Positions 9,384-19,519 of a DNA stretch of 46,920 nt are shown in pieces. How positions within the stretch are numbered: the stretch's first letter is position 1; each line of letters opens with the position of its first letter. Location: assembly GCA_043822925.1 (NCBI GenBank), contig JBDRBF010000020.1, forward strand, positions 1 through 46,920, written 5' to 3'. Below the pieces are notes generated by a model. It was not told the DNA's origin, searched no databases, and worked only from the letters and a program-made list of their open reading frames with translations. Source of the DNA: a bacterium. GTDB taxonomy: Bacteria; Babelota; Babeliae; Babelales; RVW-14. The position numbers and the translations under genes were made by a program.

Positions 9384-10343
9384 TTATTCGTTTAATAATC
9401 CGTGTACATATTCCTGGGCATTAAAAATTTTAAGGTCTTCGAGTTTTTCTCCAAACGTGACATAAACTATTGGTAGTCCAAATGTCTGTGCAATTGAAAA
9501 GACGATTCCACCTTTTCCTGTTCCATCAAGTTTTGTTAAAACGATGCCATTAACTTGTGTTGCTTGATGAAAGACTTCAGCCTGTCGTAAAGAATTTTGG
9601 CCGAGCATAGAATCGATAGTGAGCCAGGTATGTATAATTTCTTGTGGCGATTGTTTGTAAATAATCTGGCGCATTTTTTCAAGTTCTTTCATAAGGTTCA
9701 CTTTTGTTTGCAACCGTCCAGCTGTATCAATAATTATATGGTCAAAGTTTTCTTCTTTATATTTTTTATAGGCATCAAAAATAACAGAAGCTGGGTCTTG
9801 GCTTTCTTTGCCAATAAATACGCTTGTTCCTGTTTTTTGCCCCCATTCGGCCAGTTGGTGCGTTGCTGCTGCTCTGAACGTGTCGCCTGCAACCAGAAGT
9901 ACTTTTTTGTTATTATTTTTGAGTAATTGTGCAAGCTTGCCTACAAAAGTTGTTTTGCCGCTACCGTTAACACCTACGATTAAAAGTACTGCAGGAATAT
10001 CCTGTTGTATTAGCGAGGGAATATTATTGGGAGTTTTTGTTTCAGCGTTCTCCCTGAGTTTGTCGAAGGGTTGTGTAATTTTTATGTCTAAAATATCGAG
10101 TAAAATTTGTTCGAGGCATTTTTTTAGGTCTTCGCTCGATTCAATTTTTTTGTTTTTTATATCTTGTGTTAAATTCTCAATAATTTTTTGTGTTGTCTTG
10201 ACTCCCGTGTCAGCCGAGATCAATAAATTTGAAAGTTCGGTCAGTAATTTTTGATCGACCGTATTTCCCGAAAATAATGCTGCAATTTTGTTCGTAAACT
10301 CAGCGTATACTTTTTTGATCTTACTTTTAAAAAAACTAAACAT
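9384..10343 (-). CDS. ftsY: SRP receptor GTPase (NG domain only)
   Basis: GVNGSGKTT, DTFRAAA, DTAGRLQT, TKLDGTGKGG. Confidence 0.97.
   Translation of the reverse strand: MFSFFKSKIKKVYAEFTNKIAALFSGNTVDQKLLTELSNLLISADTGVKTTQKIIENLTQDIKNKKIESSEDLKKCLEQILLDILDIKITQPFDKLRENAETKTPNNIPSLIQQDIPAVLLIVGVNGSGKTTFVGKLAQLLKNNNKKVLLVAGDTFRAAATHQLAEWGQKTGTSVFIGKESQDPASVIFDAYKKYKEENFDHIIIDTAGRLQTKVNLMKELEKMRQIIYKQSPQEIIHTWLTIDSMLGQNSLRQAEVFHQATQVNGIVLTKLDGTGKGGIVFSIAQTFGLPIVYVTFGEKLEDLKIFNAQEYVHGLLNE
10046..10070 (+). repeat. Palindrome family A, inside ftsY (PFDKLREN)
   Basis: CGTTCTCCCTGAGTTTGTCGAAGGG, 22/25 identical to the intergenic copy 22361..22385. Confidence 0.85.
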
Positions 10344-10457
10344 GTGTGCGCTCGTTTCTTAATTAAATTATTTTATGCTCGTGAGTCTTATTATTTCAGA
10401 CGAGATTCGGGATCTAATCTGTATATAAAATTCTAGCATAAACGGGTATTTTTGTAA

Positions 10458-11612
10458 TTACCTGAGCATGTTTTTAATAATAAGACCAATAATAACCAGC
10501 GCAGAACATCCAGCCAGAGTCCCAAGGGCATAGGTGACAATATTGCGTGCTTTTTCAAATATAAAAAAATATAGAGAGGCGTTCATGCTTATTATGGCAT
10601 AAAGTGCCAGCGTTATGTTGGTGCTTATATTATTATGCATAAAGTGTACGCAGGCTGCCAGCATGGCAAAGCCCATTGCTTTTTTCATAGTGAGTAACCA
10701 CATTCCAGAACGGGGCATGAGCGAGAGTGCGCTAGAAAATATTCCAATAATAACCAGAATTAATCCCATGCCAATAGAAAATAAGAAGAGTGTTAAGAAG
10801 CCAATAATTGGGTTGCCTTGTTTGGCAGCAACGCCTAAAAGTAGGGCGAGAGCTGGAGTAAGACATGGTGATGCGACGGTGCCGGAAAGCATGCCGAAGA
10901 CAAATATTTTAAGTAAAGAGCCTTGTGTTTGGATCTCTGTTTTGTGGGATAAAAATTTGGGAATATAGATATCGTAAAAATCGAACATAGAAAAAGCGAG
11001 GTATAAAAAAAAGAGTATCATGAGCCCTATAACCAAGGGGGAGCTGGCCCAGCGGCCAAAGAGTATCGATGCTTTTGCGGATAAATATCCTAGTGACGCA
11101 TATACAATTGCAATACCAGTTACATATGATATTGCCGAGAGAACGCTGTGTTTAAGCGTATGCGATGCCTGTGCTTGCAGCACGCCGACGGTTACGGGAA
11201 TCATGGGGTATACACACGGGGTAAAGCTGGTAAGAATACCGGCAATAAAGGCGAATAATAAAAGAAGCAATATAGAACTTGTTGTTTTTTTCTCACTTGT
11301 TTTCTTGAGTAATTCGTTAATAGTTGTGCGTGTTTTTTTTCTATTTGCCGGTTTGTTATCTGCTTGAGATTCTTGTGTCTCTTGAGTTTGTGCGTCTATT
11401 GATGCTGGTCTTCTTGTATCGGTTTTAATGCCGCCAATCTTTTGTTCTGTGTTTTGTGTGAGTGTAATTGTGCGATCTTTTGCTTGATTGATGTCGTGGA
11501 GGTTCGTGCGATCAAAAATAACTCGGTGTGCATATACGGCCGCATTGTAGCTTATGGTGAGTACGGCTGCTAGTAATACGATGCTGGCTAGTTCAAGTGT
11601 GCGTGATTTCAT
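10458..11612 (-). CDS. dsbD: DsbD/CcdA transmembrane domain protein, no C-terminal thioredoxin domain
   Basis: SFTPCVYPMIP, ASPCLTP, PRSGMW. Confidence 0.8.
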   Translation of the reverse strand: MKSRTLELASIVLLAAVLTISYNAAVYAHRVIFDRTNLHDINQAKDRTITLTQNTEQKIGGIKTDTRRPASIDAQTQETQESQADNKPANRKKTRTTINELLKKTSEKKTTSSILLLLLFAFIAGILTSFTPCVYPMIPVTVGVLQAQASHTLKHSVLSAISYVTGIAIVYASLGYLSAKASILFGRWASSPLVIGLMILFFLYLAFSMFDFYDIYIPKFLSHKTEIQTQGSLLKIFVFGMLSGTVASPCLTPALALLLGVAAKQGNPIIGFLTLFLFSIGMGLILVIIGIFSSALSLMPRSGMWLLTMKKAMGFAMLAACVHFMHNNISTNITLALYAIISMNASLYFFIFEKARNIVTYALGTLAGCSALVIIGLIIKNMLR

Positions 11613-11660
11613 GAAGTTTTCTCCTTTATAAGATTATTCATTTAACTTCGTTTAATAGCG

Positions 11661-12677
11661 TTAAAGAGAGCTTTTTCTTTCAATTGGGGTTTCGTTAGTG
11701 GATGTTGTTTGTGTGTCTGTGTTTGTTTGTTCGATTATTGTAGGTGAGAGTATGGTTACGTTTTTTAGTTCTTTATCAAACTCTGGGAATTTTATTTGTG
11801 CTTGGTCAATCGGTTCTTCCCAACTCCAAAGATTTTCTTTTTCGCGAAATACGCAATAATTATTATCCCAAGTTTTCTCTGGTTGGGGTGTTGGGCTTTT
11901 AATATTGCTTTCTATAGTTGGGGCTTTTGATTCTGTTACGGTGCTTTCTGGCGTGAGGGAAAGATCGGGGGAATCTGTGTCTTCTGGTGTTTTGAATGCG
12001 CAGGTATAGATAGAGTCTGGATGAGTTCTGAGTAAAAATAATTCGCCCCATGCTGTTTCTATAACCTGTTCGTCTTTTTTCCAAAAAAAGAGTCCGTTAT
12101 TTAGGGCGCTATCTGGGCGTGATGGGTCTATATAAATAAAGTTTGGCGTATTTGTTTGTGTATCGATTTGAGCTTCTGTTTGGTTAGCGTTTAATTTTAT
12201 GAGCGCGTAATGCTCGTTTGTTTTGCTGAATTCGGGGACAAGTAACCAGCGGAGTTGTTCTTTGACTTCGCTGCGTATTTGGATTTCTGGGCCGACAGGT
12301 TTTGTGTTTGCAAGCGTTACGATGGTGCTTATTTGTTCTGGAGTTTCTGTGTCTTGGGAGTTTATAGTTGTTTGTGCGTTTTGTGTTTCTTGTGTTGATG
12401 TGTCTATTGGATCTGGGGTTAATTCTGTTTGAGATAGTTCTGGGGGGGGGGAGGGATCTTCAGGCGTGATATTTTGAGGGACTTCTGTTTCTTGTGTTGG
12501 TGTGTCTATTTGATCTTGGGCTAATTCTGTTTGAGATTCTTCTGGAATATTTTTTTTTTGTTTGGGTGGGGTGCCCATGGCGAGAATAATTTGGGGTGAG
12601 CAAAAAAGTGTTATAACGAGTGTCATATAAAAAAGCGTGATTTTTTTGCGTTTTTTGTGTGTTTGTTTTTTAATCAT
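11661..12677 (-). CDS. Secreted Thr/Pro/Glu-rich hypothetical protein
   Basis: Signal peptide; internal repeat SQTELAQDQIDTPTQET / SQTELTPDPIDTSTQET. Confidence 0.75.
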   Translation of the reverse strand: MIKKQTHKKRKKITLFYMTLVITLFCSPQIILAMGTPPKQKKNIPEESQTELAQDQIDTPTQETEVPQNITPEDPSPPPELSQTELTPDPIDTSTQETQNAQTTINSQDTETPEQISTIVTLANTKPVGPEIQIRSEVKEQLRWLLVPEFSKTNEHYALIKLNANQTEAQIDTQTNTPNFIYIDPSRPDSALNNGLFFWKKDEQVIETAWGELFLLRTHPDSIYTCAFKTPEDTDSPDLSLTPESTVTESKAPTIESNIKSPTPQPEKTWDNNYCVFREKENLWSWEEPIDQAQIKFPEFDKELKNVTILSPTIIEQTNTDTQTTSTNETPIERKSSL

Positions 12678-12840
12678 ACGTTAATTCCCACGTTAATACT
12701 CGATTTTTCTAAAGTGTAATTCGAGTCTTGTTTATAACTGTAGTATGGATTTTAGCGTATCGTATTCAGAAATTTTTAATAGATGCGATAATTATTATAT
12801 GTGATTTTATTGGTAATAAGTGGAGTGTTATTTAATTATG

Positions 12841-12882
12841 AAAAAGAAGCCCCCGGCTACGCATATACGTAATCGGGGGCTT
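12841..12882 (-). terminator. Intrinsic terminator
   Basis: AAGCCCCCG...CGGGGGCTT stem with T tract on the minus strand. Confidence 0.75.
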
Positions 12883-12915
12883 GTAATATTAAAAATTTGG
12901 ATGGTAATTTAAAAC

Positions 12916-13347
12916 TTAATTGCCTCTACGTGCAAGTAAGAAGCCGATAACTCCGGCACAAGCTGCAAGAGCAATACTCAAGACCACAATGAAGACCCAG
13001 TTTAAATCTGGTTTGTTATTTTGTTCATGTTGTTTTTCTTGTTGTTTTTCAACTTTTTGTTCAAGTTTAATTTTTTGTTCAAGATCTTGCTCTCTTTGCA
13101 TTTGTTCTGTTTTTTCTATAGCTTTTTCAGCTTTAGCTTTTGCTTTCGTTGCTTTTTCTTCAGCTCTGTTTGCTTTTTCTTCAGCTTCACGTGCCTCGCG
13201 TTTGCCATCTTTGCTCATGACATTGCCAATAATAAGCCCGGTGGCCAGGCCTGCGCCCACTCCAATAGCAGCATCACTGCCCCTTGGTTCTATTTTGGGA
13301 AGAAACATGAGCGTTAAGAGGGCTAAAAGTACTATAAGTTTTTTCAT
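12916..13347 (-). CDS. Secreted coiled-coil protein with Gly-zipper-like segment and C-terminal membrane anchor
   Basis: Signal peptide, AAIGVGAGLATGLIIG, charged helix, TM plus RR tail. Confidence 0.75.
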   Translation of the reverse strand: MKKLIVLLALLTLMFLPKIEPRGSDAAIGVGAGLATGLIIGNVMSKDGKREAREAEEKANRAEEKATKAKAKAEKAIEKTEQMQREQDLEQKIKLEQKVEKQQEKQHEQNNKPDLNWVFIVVLSIALAACAGVIGFLLARRGN

Positions 13348-13624
13348 AAATGTTCCCCATTATTAAAGTATTAAGAGCCTATTTTTTCACCTGTTTATTA
13401 TATGTTTATTTACGTATAGTTTATGTATTACTACCATGATTATAGCTTACACTATAAATTTCAGGCAGTCAATATTCGCCTTATATTTGGTCGTGAAAAG
13501 TGCTAAGAAGCATGTTTTTTGTGAAAAAATACAAAATATGACTAAAAAGTGACATTATTGTTACACTCTTGTTCAGCGTAAGAAAAGTGAAAAACTGGTG
13601 TTTTAAGCGTTTGGAGATGAGATA

Positions 13625-14911
13625 ATGAAGCATGATATGATTTTGAAAAATAATGCACAGGCCAGCGCAAGTTCTATTTTTTCATTAATAGAACAAGAAA
13701 AAGAACGGCAAGACCGGTGCATAAACTTAATAGCATCAGAAAATTATGCTAGTTCTCATGTTATGGCGGCTACTGGATCCGTGCTTACTAATAAATATGC
13801 TGAGGGGTACCCATCTAGTCGATATTATGGTGGGTGTCAGGTTGTTGATAAAGTAGAAAATTATGCGCGAGACATGGGTAAAAAACTTTTTAATGCTGAA
13901 CATATAAATGTACAATCACATTCTGGATCTTCGGCTAACATGGCTGTGTATTTAAGTTGTCTTGAGCCTGGTGATACTATCTTGGGCATGAATATTAATT
14001 CTGGTGGGCATTTGACCCATGGGCATCCAGTTAACTTTTCAGGTAAGCTTTATAATATTGTTTCGTACGGGGTGTCTCCTGAAAATGAACGTATTGATTA
14101 TGACGAAATCGAGTTGCTCGCCAATCAGCATAGTCCCCGTTTAATTATAGCAGGCGCTTCAGCATATTCGCGCGTTATTGATTATGCAAAACTCGAAGAG
14201 ATTGCAAAAAATAATCATGCTTTATTATTGATTGATATGGCGCATATCGCTGGGCTTGTGGCTGCAGGATTGCACCCAAACCCTATGGCGTATGCTGATT
14301 TTGTAAGTAGCACAACGCATAAAACGTTACGTGGGCCGCGTGGCGGTTTTGTGTGCTGTAAAGCTGATTATGCTCAGCGTTTAGATAAAGCGGTTATGCC
14401 GGGGGCACAGGGAGGGCCACTGATGCATGTGATTGCAGCAAAAGCTATCGCATTTGATGAAGCTCTTACTCCTGAATTTAAAATATATCAAGAACAAGTA
14501 ATAAAAAATGCACAAGCTATGACTAACGCGTTTCAGGATCTTGGGTATCGTATTGTCTCTGGAGGTACTGATAACCATTTATTTTTGGTTGACCTAAAAA
14601 GTAAAAGTTTTGACGATGTTCTAACGAGTAGTGAAAAAATTACGGGCAAAGTTGTTGAAGAAACACTTGAAAAATGTTCTATTATTTTGAACCGTAATCT
14701 TATTCCATTTGATACAGAAAAACCTATGATAACGAGTGGGATTCGAATTGGTACCCCTGCTATCACGACACGTGGGTTTACTGAAAAAGAAGTTTGTCAA
14801 ATCGTACATTGGATAGATGAAGCGATTACTCGTCGCCATGACGATTTATTTTTATCTTCGCTTAAAAAAGAAGTTGAAAGCTTGTGCGCTCGTTTCCCAA
14901 TAAATGTATAA
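13625..14911 (+). CDS. glyA: Serine hydroxymethyltransferase
   Basis: [33 protein letters not shown]. Confidence 0.98.
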   Translation: MKHDMILKNNAQASASSIFSLIEQEKERQDRCINLIASENYASSHVMAATGSVLTNKYAEGYPSSRYYGGCQVVDKVENYARDMGKKLFNAEHINVQSHSGSSANMAVYLSCLEPGDTILGMNINSGGHLTHGHPVNFSGKLYNIVSYGVSPENERIDYDEIELLANQHSPRLIIAGASAYSRVIDYAKLEEIAKNNHALLLIDMAHIAGLVAAGLHPNPMAYADFVSSTTHKTLRGPRGGFVCCKADYAQRLDKAVMPGAQGGPLMHVIAAKAIAFDEALTPEFKIYQEQVIKNAQAMTNAFQDLGYRIVSGGTDNHLFLVDLKSKSFDDVLTSSEKITGKVVEETLEKCSIILNRNLIPFDTEKPMITSGIRIGTPAITTRGFTEKEVCQIVHWIDEAITRRHDDLFLSSLKKEVESLCARFPINV

Positions 14912-14943
14912 AAATTAATTTTTGGATTCTTCGATAAATATTG

Positions 14944-15046
14944 GACCCTTTGGCAAACTTAGCATGAGCGTTTAGTTTTGTTCTGCGCTCATGCTGAGCT
15001 TGTCGAAGCATTTTCTGTAGACCCTTTGGCAAACTTAGCATGAGCG
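14944..15046. repeat. Cluster of three family A palindromes (fwd/rev/fwd)
   Basis: 14944..14970 identical to 15020..15046; inverted copy at 14986..15010. Confidence 0.9.
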
Positions 15047-15064
15047 CTTTTAACTACTTTTTGA

Positions 15065-16708
15065 TTAAGCTTGTGCTATTTTTTCTTGAGCTATTTCTGT
15101 GTTTGTTTGTTGTTCGAGTTGTGTAATTTTAGGTGAGATTTTTTTCTTTCTGTAGCCGGTTGCTTTTAATTGGAGTGCATATTTTATAGCTTCTTGTATT
15201 CCTGTAATATTGTTTGTAACTGAGTTTTTAACATTTGATAAGACCGATGTAAATTCTTTTTCTGAATAATTAAAATCGAGTGTAGAAATTTCAGTTAAAT
15301 TGCGAACATAAATAATAATAGGCGCATATTCATTATTTTTATCGATAATCACACTGAATGAAGTTTTGAGTAAATCGTTTGAATTAAAATCGGGGAATTC
15401 GATATGATGTGTGTCTGCATAATTTTGTATGAGCTGCATAGCTGTATGTTCAGGAGTTAGTCCTCCGGTTGCATCACAGACAATAAATATATCGATGTTT
15501 CTTCTAAATAGCGCAGGTATGGGTAAATTGATTGCAACGCCTGCATCAGGAAGCGTTAGATATTTGTCTTTGTACATAGGTCTTTTATTTACTTTATAGG
15601 TAAAGTTGGGAACCTTTGGTGTTGCGATGCGTTGATTGCCAAACCAAAAACCGGTAACCCATGTAAAAAGTTCGTCAGGAAGATCTATTCCAAAAGATTT
15701 TGCAATTTCAGCATGAATATAATAAATGGCATCGTAAACGCTGGCTGCATATGCTGATCCAAAAAGACCAAGCATGTATGCAAGTGTTTCTTCTGAGCGG
15801 GCGTCAGTGCTATGTCCGTTTTTAAATTCTTTTCCAAATCCTGATGTTGGAATCCATGTTTCTAGATACGTGCTGCCTACTTCAAATGGGGTGTATTCCA
15901 TCCATGGATAGGGGATTGATTCGTTTGCTATCGCCGAGGTAAATACTGGTATAGGATATTCGCCTGAAGCGACCGTTGGGGCCAGATCAGATAAGTATGA
16001 ATGCTGCCCGCTAACATCGTCAGGCGTTTTTAAGAAGACGTTACCCAATATTCCGCCCCAAATATCATTAAGGGATATTTGGCGTCCTGAGCTAAATTTG
16101 TCCCAAATTGAGTCTAAAATTTCTTCGATTTTGAGCTTGTTTGGATCAAAAGCTTTATATAATCTTTTTCTAAGAAAAATTTCTAAATCTTGGAGTGACG
16201 TTTCTTTTAACATCCATGAAGCAGCTAACCATGTTGATCCGGAAAGTGTTGCAAGATACGCTGCTGAATCTAGGAGTTTTATGTCTTCAAGCCCCTGTAG
16301 TAATCCCAGTGCTGCAACTGCGGCTCGGCATCCGCCTCCGCTACAGGCGATACCTATTATCGGTGTTTCTTGATTGGGAAACTTTTGTTGAACAAAATTT
16401 TGTAGTGTCTCGTGAGCTCTTTCTAGTCTGGCCGCACGAATTTGTTTTTCTGCTAGGCAAAGTTTATTATCATAGCGAGCATTTATCGTTTTTGCTCGAT
16501 TTAGGTTTTTTTTTGAAGTTTTAGGCTGTGAGTTTAAGTCGATAATTGTAATATCTGGATTTGTTCTTACGGGATTTACGAAACTTGGTTTTGGTGCGGG
16601 AAGTTGGGGGCGTGGCTTTTCAGTTCGACTGTGTACGTTTGAAGCCAAGCATATAAGTAAGCTTGTATTGAGAAGTATTTTTTTTAAAAGAACAGAAAGC
16701 TTCTTCAT
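15065..16708 (-). CDS. Secreted cPLA2/lysophospholipase (PLA2_B)-family phospholipase
   Basis: ACSGGGCRA, TLSGSTW, EYTPFEVG, GLFGSAYA, DAG; AAGGGAG SD and signal peptide at 16708. Confidence 0.88.
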   Translation of the reverse strand: MKKLSVLLKKILLNTSLLICLASNVHSRTEKPRPQLPAPKPSFVNPVRTNPDITIIDLNSQPKTSKKNLNRAKTINARYDNKLCLAEKQIRAARLERAHETLQNFVQQKFPNQETPIIGIACSGGGCRAAVAALGLLQGLEDIKLLDSAAYLATLSGSTWLAASWMLKETSLQDLEIFLRKRLYKAFDPNKLKIEEILDSIWDKFSSGRQISLNDIWGGILGNVFLKTPDDVSGQHSYLSDLAPTVASGEYPIPVFTSAIANESIPYPWMEYTPFEVGSTYLETWIPTSGFGKEFKNGHSTDARSEETLAYMLGLFGSAYAASVYDAIYYIHAEIAKSFGIDLPDELFTWVTGFWFGNQRIATPKVPNFTYKVNKRPMYKDKYLTLPDAGVAINLPIPALFRRNIDIFIVCDATGGLTPEHTAMQLIQNYADTHHIEFPDFNSNDLLKTSFSVIIDKNNEYAPIIIYVRNLTEISTLDFNYSEKEFTSVLSNVKNSVTNNITGIQEAIKYALQLKATGYRKKKISPKITQLEQQTNTEIAQEKIAQA

Positions 16709-16817
16709 AGACTCTCCCTTTTTTGTACTTTTAGTTCGATAGGACACTTACTACTTTTTTCTATCGTAATACCAAAAATATTTTTGTAACACTAATTTTT
16801 GGAGCTTGCTTTTAAAT

Positions 16818-17603
16818 TCACGTAATCGTTGTCATTGTTAATTGTCTAAGCGCGTTTTCTTTATCCCGTCTATATGAGTGATACTCGTGATGACATATCG
16901 TGCATATATTATGTTCTGTGTGAATATGAGCTTCAGGTACACCGCAAGCGTGTAATATTAATTTATTGCAGCCCGGATTATCAAAAAATAATTTGTTATC
17001 GCGTGATATAATTGATTGTTCAATATGTGCCAGTTGCTTAGCTGGTATTGGGGAGAATTTAGCGTAGAAATTTTCTTGTACTTCGTAGCAGCATGTTTTA
17101 GCACTGGGCCCAAAATACACGTGTACTTGCGCTGGATCTGTGCCAAATGCTTCTTGCATAGCGCGTAGTGCTTTTTCGGTGATTCCTGTAACAGTTCCAG
17201 GCCAGCCAGCGTGTATAACTGCAACTGCGTTATTTATGCTGTCATGTATTATGATGGGCAAGCAATCAGCCGTGACGACAGCTATGGCGACATTTTTTTG
17301 ATTTGTGATTAAATAGTCACCGCTCGTTTTATAGAGAGAAATATGCACATTTTTTTCTATGCTTTGTGGGGTATTTGTGATGTCTTGGCTTTGTACATTA
17401 TTTTTGTCTTGTAATAATTTACTTGTATTGTCTATGCACAGGCCATCTGTGCCGTGTACTTGTTTTAGGGCAATAAGATGGGTGGCTCCAAGTTTTTGTG
17501 CGAGTTCTATACAACAGGTGTGAAATTCTGGCGTACGCCAATCGACCGGGCACGTGTGCTTGTCACCAAAAAATATGGGAAAAGCTGCTTTTGTATTCAA
17601 CAT
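16818..17603 (-). CDS. pgeF: YfiH/PgeF family protein
   Basis: QVHG, TADCLPI, IHAGW.G, CYEV, CTIC..SYRR. Confidence 0.93.
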   Translation of the reverse strand: MLNTKAAFPIFFGDKHTCPVDWRTPEFHTCCIELAQKLGATHLIALKQVHGTDGLCIDNTSKLLQDKNNVQSQDITNTPQSIEKNVHISLYKTSGDYLITNQKNVAIAVVTADCLPIIIHDSINNAVAVIHAGWPGTVTGITEKALRAMQEAFGTDPAQVHVYFGPSAKTCCYEVQENFYAKFSPIPAKQLAHIEQSIISRDNKLFFDNPGCNKLILHACGVPEAHIHTEHNICTICHHEYHSYRRDKENALRQLTMTTIT

Positions 17604-17617
17604 GATATTTCTCTGTG

Positions 17618-17642
17618 AAAAAGGGCCCCAGTTGGGGCCCTT
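17618..17642 (-). terminator. Intrinsic terminator
   Basis: AAGGGCCCCA / TGGGGCCCTT stem plus T tract on the minus strand. Confidence 0.75.
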
Positions 17643-17663
17643 AGGTTTATTTCGTTCTTATTG

Positions 17664-18620
17664 TTACGCTTGAATAGGCGTTATTTTTTGGGCGCTTACT
17701 TGTGCTGTATCTTGTATTATTTCTTGTTCTATTTCTCGTGTATTTGCTTCATTATCGTCTGCATCGTCTATAATTTCATTTATATAAACAAGTGCTTGCT
17801 CGATTACTTCTGGGTGATTTTTAGAAAGTGCGGTTAAGAATTTTTCAAATTTGTCTGTATGACTAACTATTTTGTCTTTCCAGAATGTCCACAATGGGTG
17901 ACCAACAGGAAGTTTTTGGATTAATTCGTTTAAAATAGAATAGGTTAGTTTTTTGATTTCTTCTTTAGAATGATCTTTTGTGTTTACGAGTTTTTCTACG
18001 GCCGTGTCTTGCAATATTTCGACAATAATATCTGAGAATAATGCAACGTTTTGAAGTTCGTCAAAATAGCGTACTTCACAGATAACGTTTTTATCTTCTG
18101 GTGTAACGGTGAAAGAGCCATCTATGCACAAGTATGTTTTTTTAGGCGAATTTTTGAGAAGATCTGCAAGCTTTTCGTTCAGTTCAAGCTGTGTGGCATC
18201 GAGAATTAACGTTTCGTCTATTTTATAAAATAATGGAGATAAGCCTGTTGCATCTTTTAAGTAGGCATTAAAAAGATCGTCTTGGGTTTTACATTCTTTG
18301 AGCTTTTTATAGGTTCTTTCGATTTCTTTAAGCGATACTCGTCCTAAATCTTTAATGCTTATATTGAGTATGTGGTCAAAATATTGTGTGAGCGTTGCGT
18401 CTTGTTCTAGGGCGTCAAATGCTATGATAATTATGTCATCCTGACCGTGTCCGGCGTAGCCTTGTGCGAAGCCTGGAACTTGATTCAGGATCTGTTCATT
18501 TTGTTTTGATTCCTTCATGAAAAAATCAAATTCTTGCGTTTGCATTTGGGCTGAATTTGCCTGGTTGCATGTAGCGCCGGCACATAAAAGAGCTATTGAG
18601 AGTATATGTTTTCTTATCAT
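17664..18620 (-). CDS. Secreted hypothetical protein; paralog of 19520..20029
   Basis: Signal peptide; shared IKDLG...DATGL...YLCIDG...EV domain. Confidence 0.85.
   Translation of the reverse strand: MIRKHILSIALLCAGATCNQANSAQMQTQEFDFFMKESKQNEQILNQVPGFAQGYAGHGQDDIIIIAFDALEQDATLTQYFDHILNISIKDLGRVSLKEIERTYKKLKECKTQDDLFNAYLKDATGLSPLFYKIDETLILDATQLELNEKLADLLKNSPKKTYLCIDGSFTVTPEDKNVICEVRYFDELQNVALFSDIIVEILQDTAVEKLVNTKDHSKEEIKKLTYSILNELIQKLPVGHPLWTFWKDKIVSHTDKFEKFLTALSKNHPEVIEQALVYINEIIDDADDNEANTREIEQEIIQDTAQVSAQKITPIQA
18435..18493 (+). repeat. Nested palindromes: family B inside family C, within a CDS
   Basis: GTCATCCTG[ACCGTGTCCGGCGTAGCCTTGTGCGAAGCCTGG]AACTTGATTCAGGATCT. Confidence 0.85.
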
Positions 18621-18696
18621 AAAGACCCTTTCTTTGTAAAAATAATAATTAATTAGCAGGGTATGCGTTTTTGGGTAAAAATCAAGACATTTGCAT

Positions 18697-18733
18697 AAAA
18701 AACAAGCCCCCGCGTAATTTTACGCAGGGGCTT
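18697..18733 (-). terminator. Intrinsic terminator
   Basis: AAGCCCC..GCGTAA / TTACGC..GGGGCTT stem plus T tract. Confidence 0.7.
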
Positions 18734-18761
18734 ATGAGTGTTTTGCTTTTGTTATTAAGCG

Positions 18762-19457
18762 TTAGTTTTTTCTTGGAGCGCCTTGGCAGACCCTATTCGA
18801 TTTTATAAATTTATCACCATTAATGTGGGGTGTTGTTTGTTCTATTTTTGCGCGATTGGCGATTGGAGTGCCTGGGCAGGTAAGTGTTCGATTGGCTTTA
18901 GGTGTTTCGGGTTCTATGTCGTTGTTTGCCTTGTCTTGAGCTTCAAATTCAAGCATATTAAGGAAATTTTTTGAAACAGAATTTATACATTTTTTAATAA
19001 ATTTTAAGAGTTCTAAATCGTTATCTGTAAAAAGATTTTTTTCTAAGTAATATTCAATTCCGTTGTCTTTGGCGTATTTAACAAAAAAACGTGCGTATGT
19101 TTTTGAGCTTTCTGCAATAAGGCCTTTAAGTAGTTTTTTTTGTTTATCGTTTAGTTGTTGTAGCTTGTTTGCGAATATTTCGTTTAATAAATTTGCGGCT
19201 TCTTTTTGTACGATTTTTTCTAGTTTATTCAAGCGGTTTGAGTCGTCGTTATCCTGCCAATCTGCAATTTCTATTGCCAAGATTTCTGCAAAAAGACTGT
19301 GTTTAAGATTTTTAACTATAGCACATTTAAGTGTAGCGACTGTTATCTCTGTTTGGTTTATGTCTGTTTGGCTTGCTTTGTCCATAGGCTGGGCCATTTG
19401 TATTGAGCATGCAGTTAGGGCAAGTGCGAGAAGTATATTTTTTGTTCGTATCATCAT
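18762..19457 (-). CDS. Secreted hypothetical protein (start MMIRTK)
   Basis: Upstream DNA and signal peptide are shared with 19520..20029, which places the start at 19457. Confidence 0.8.
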   Translation of the reverse strand: MMIRTKNILLALALTACSIQMAQPMDKASQTDINQTEITVATLKCAIVKNLKHSLFAEILAIEIADWQDNDDSNRLNKLEKIVQKEAANLLNEIFANKLQQLNDKQKKLLKGLIAESSKTYARFFVKYAKDNGIEYYLEKNLFTDNDLELLKFIKKCINSVSKNFLNMLEFEAQDKANNDIEPETPKANRTLTCPGTPIANRAKIEQTTPHINGDKFIKSNRVCQGAPRKN

Positions 19458-19486
19458 ACGATATTCTTTCCAGTAAAAATGTTTGT
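19395..19486 (-). repeat. Duplicated RBS plus signal peptide segment (other copy 19967..20058)
   Basis: Colinear at offset 572, e.g. TTTTTGTTCGTATCATCAT and TTCTTTCCAGTAAAAA. Confidence 0.85.
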
Positions 19487-19519
19487 GTTTTAGGACTGAT
19501 AAAAATGCCCCGCGCATAC

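Noticed and set aside
10390-10415. Possible decayed family C copy upstream of ftsY
   Set aside because: Only the 3' half (GATTCGGGATCT) matches; too degenerate to call.
14944-15046. Possible mini CRISPR array (two identical 27 bp repeats)
   Set aside because: The apparent spacer contains an inverted copy of the same repeat, related copies are dispersed through the window, and there are no cas genes.
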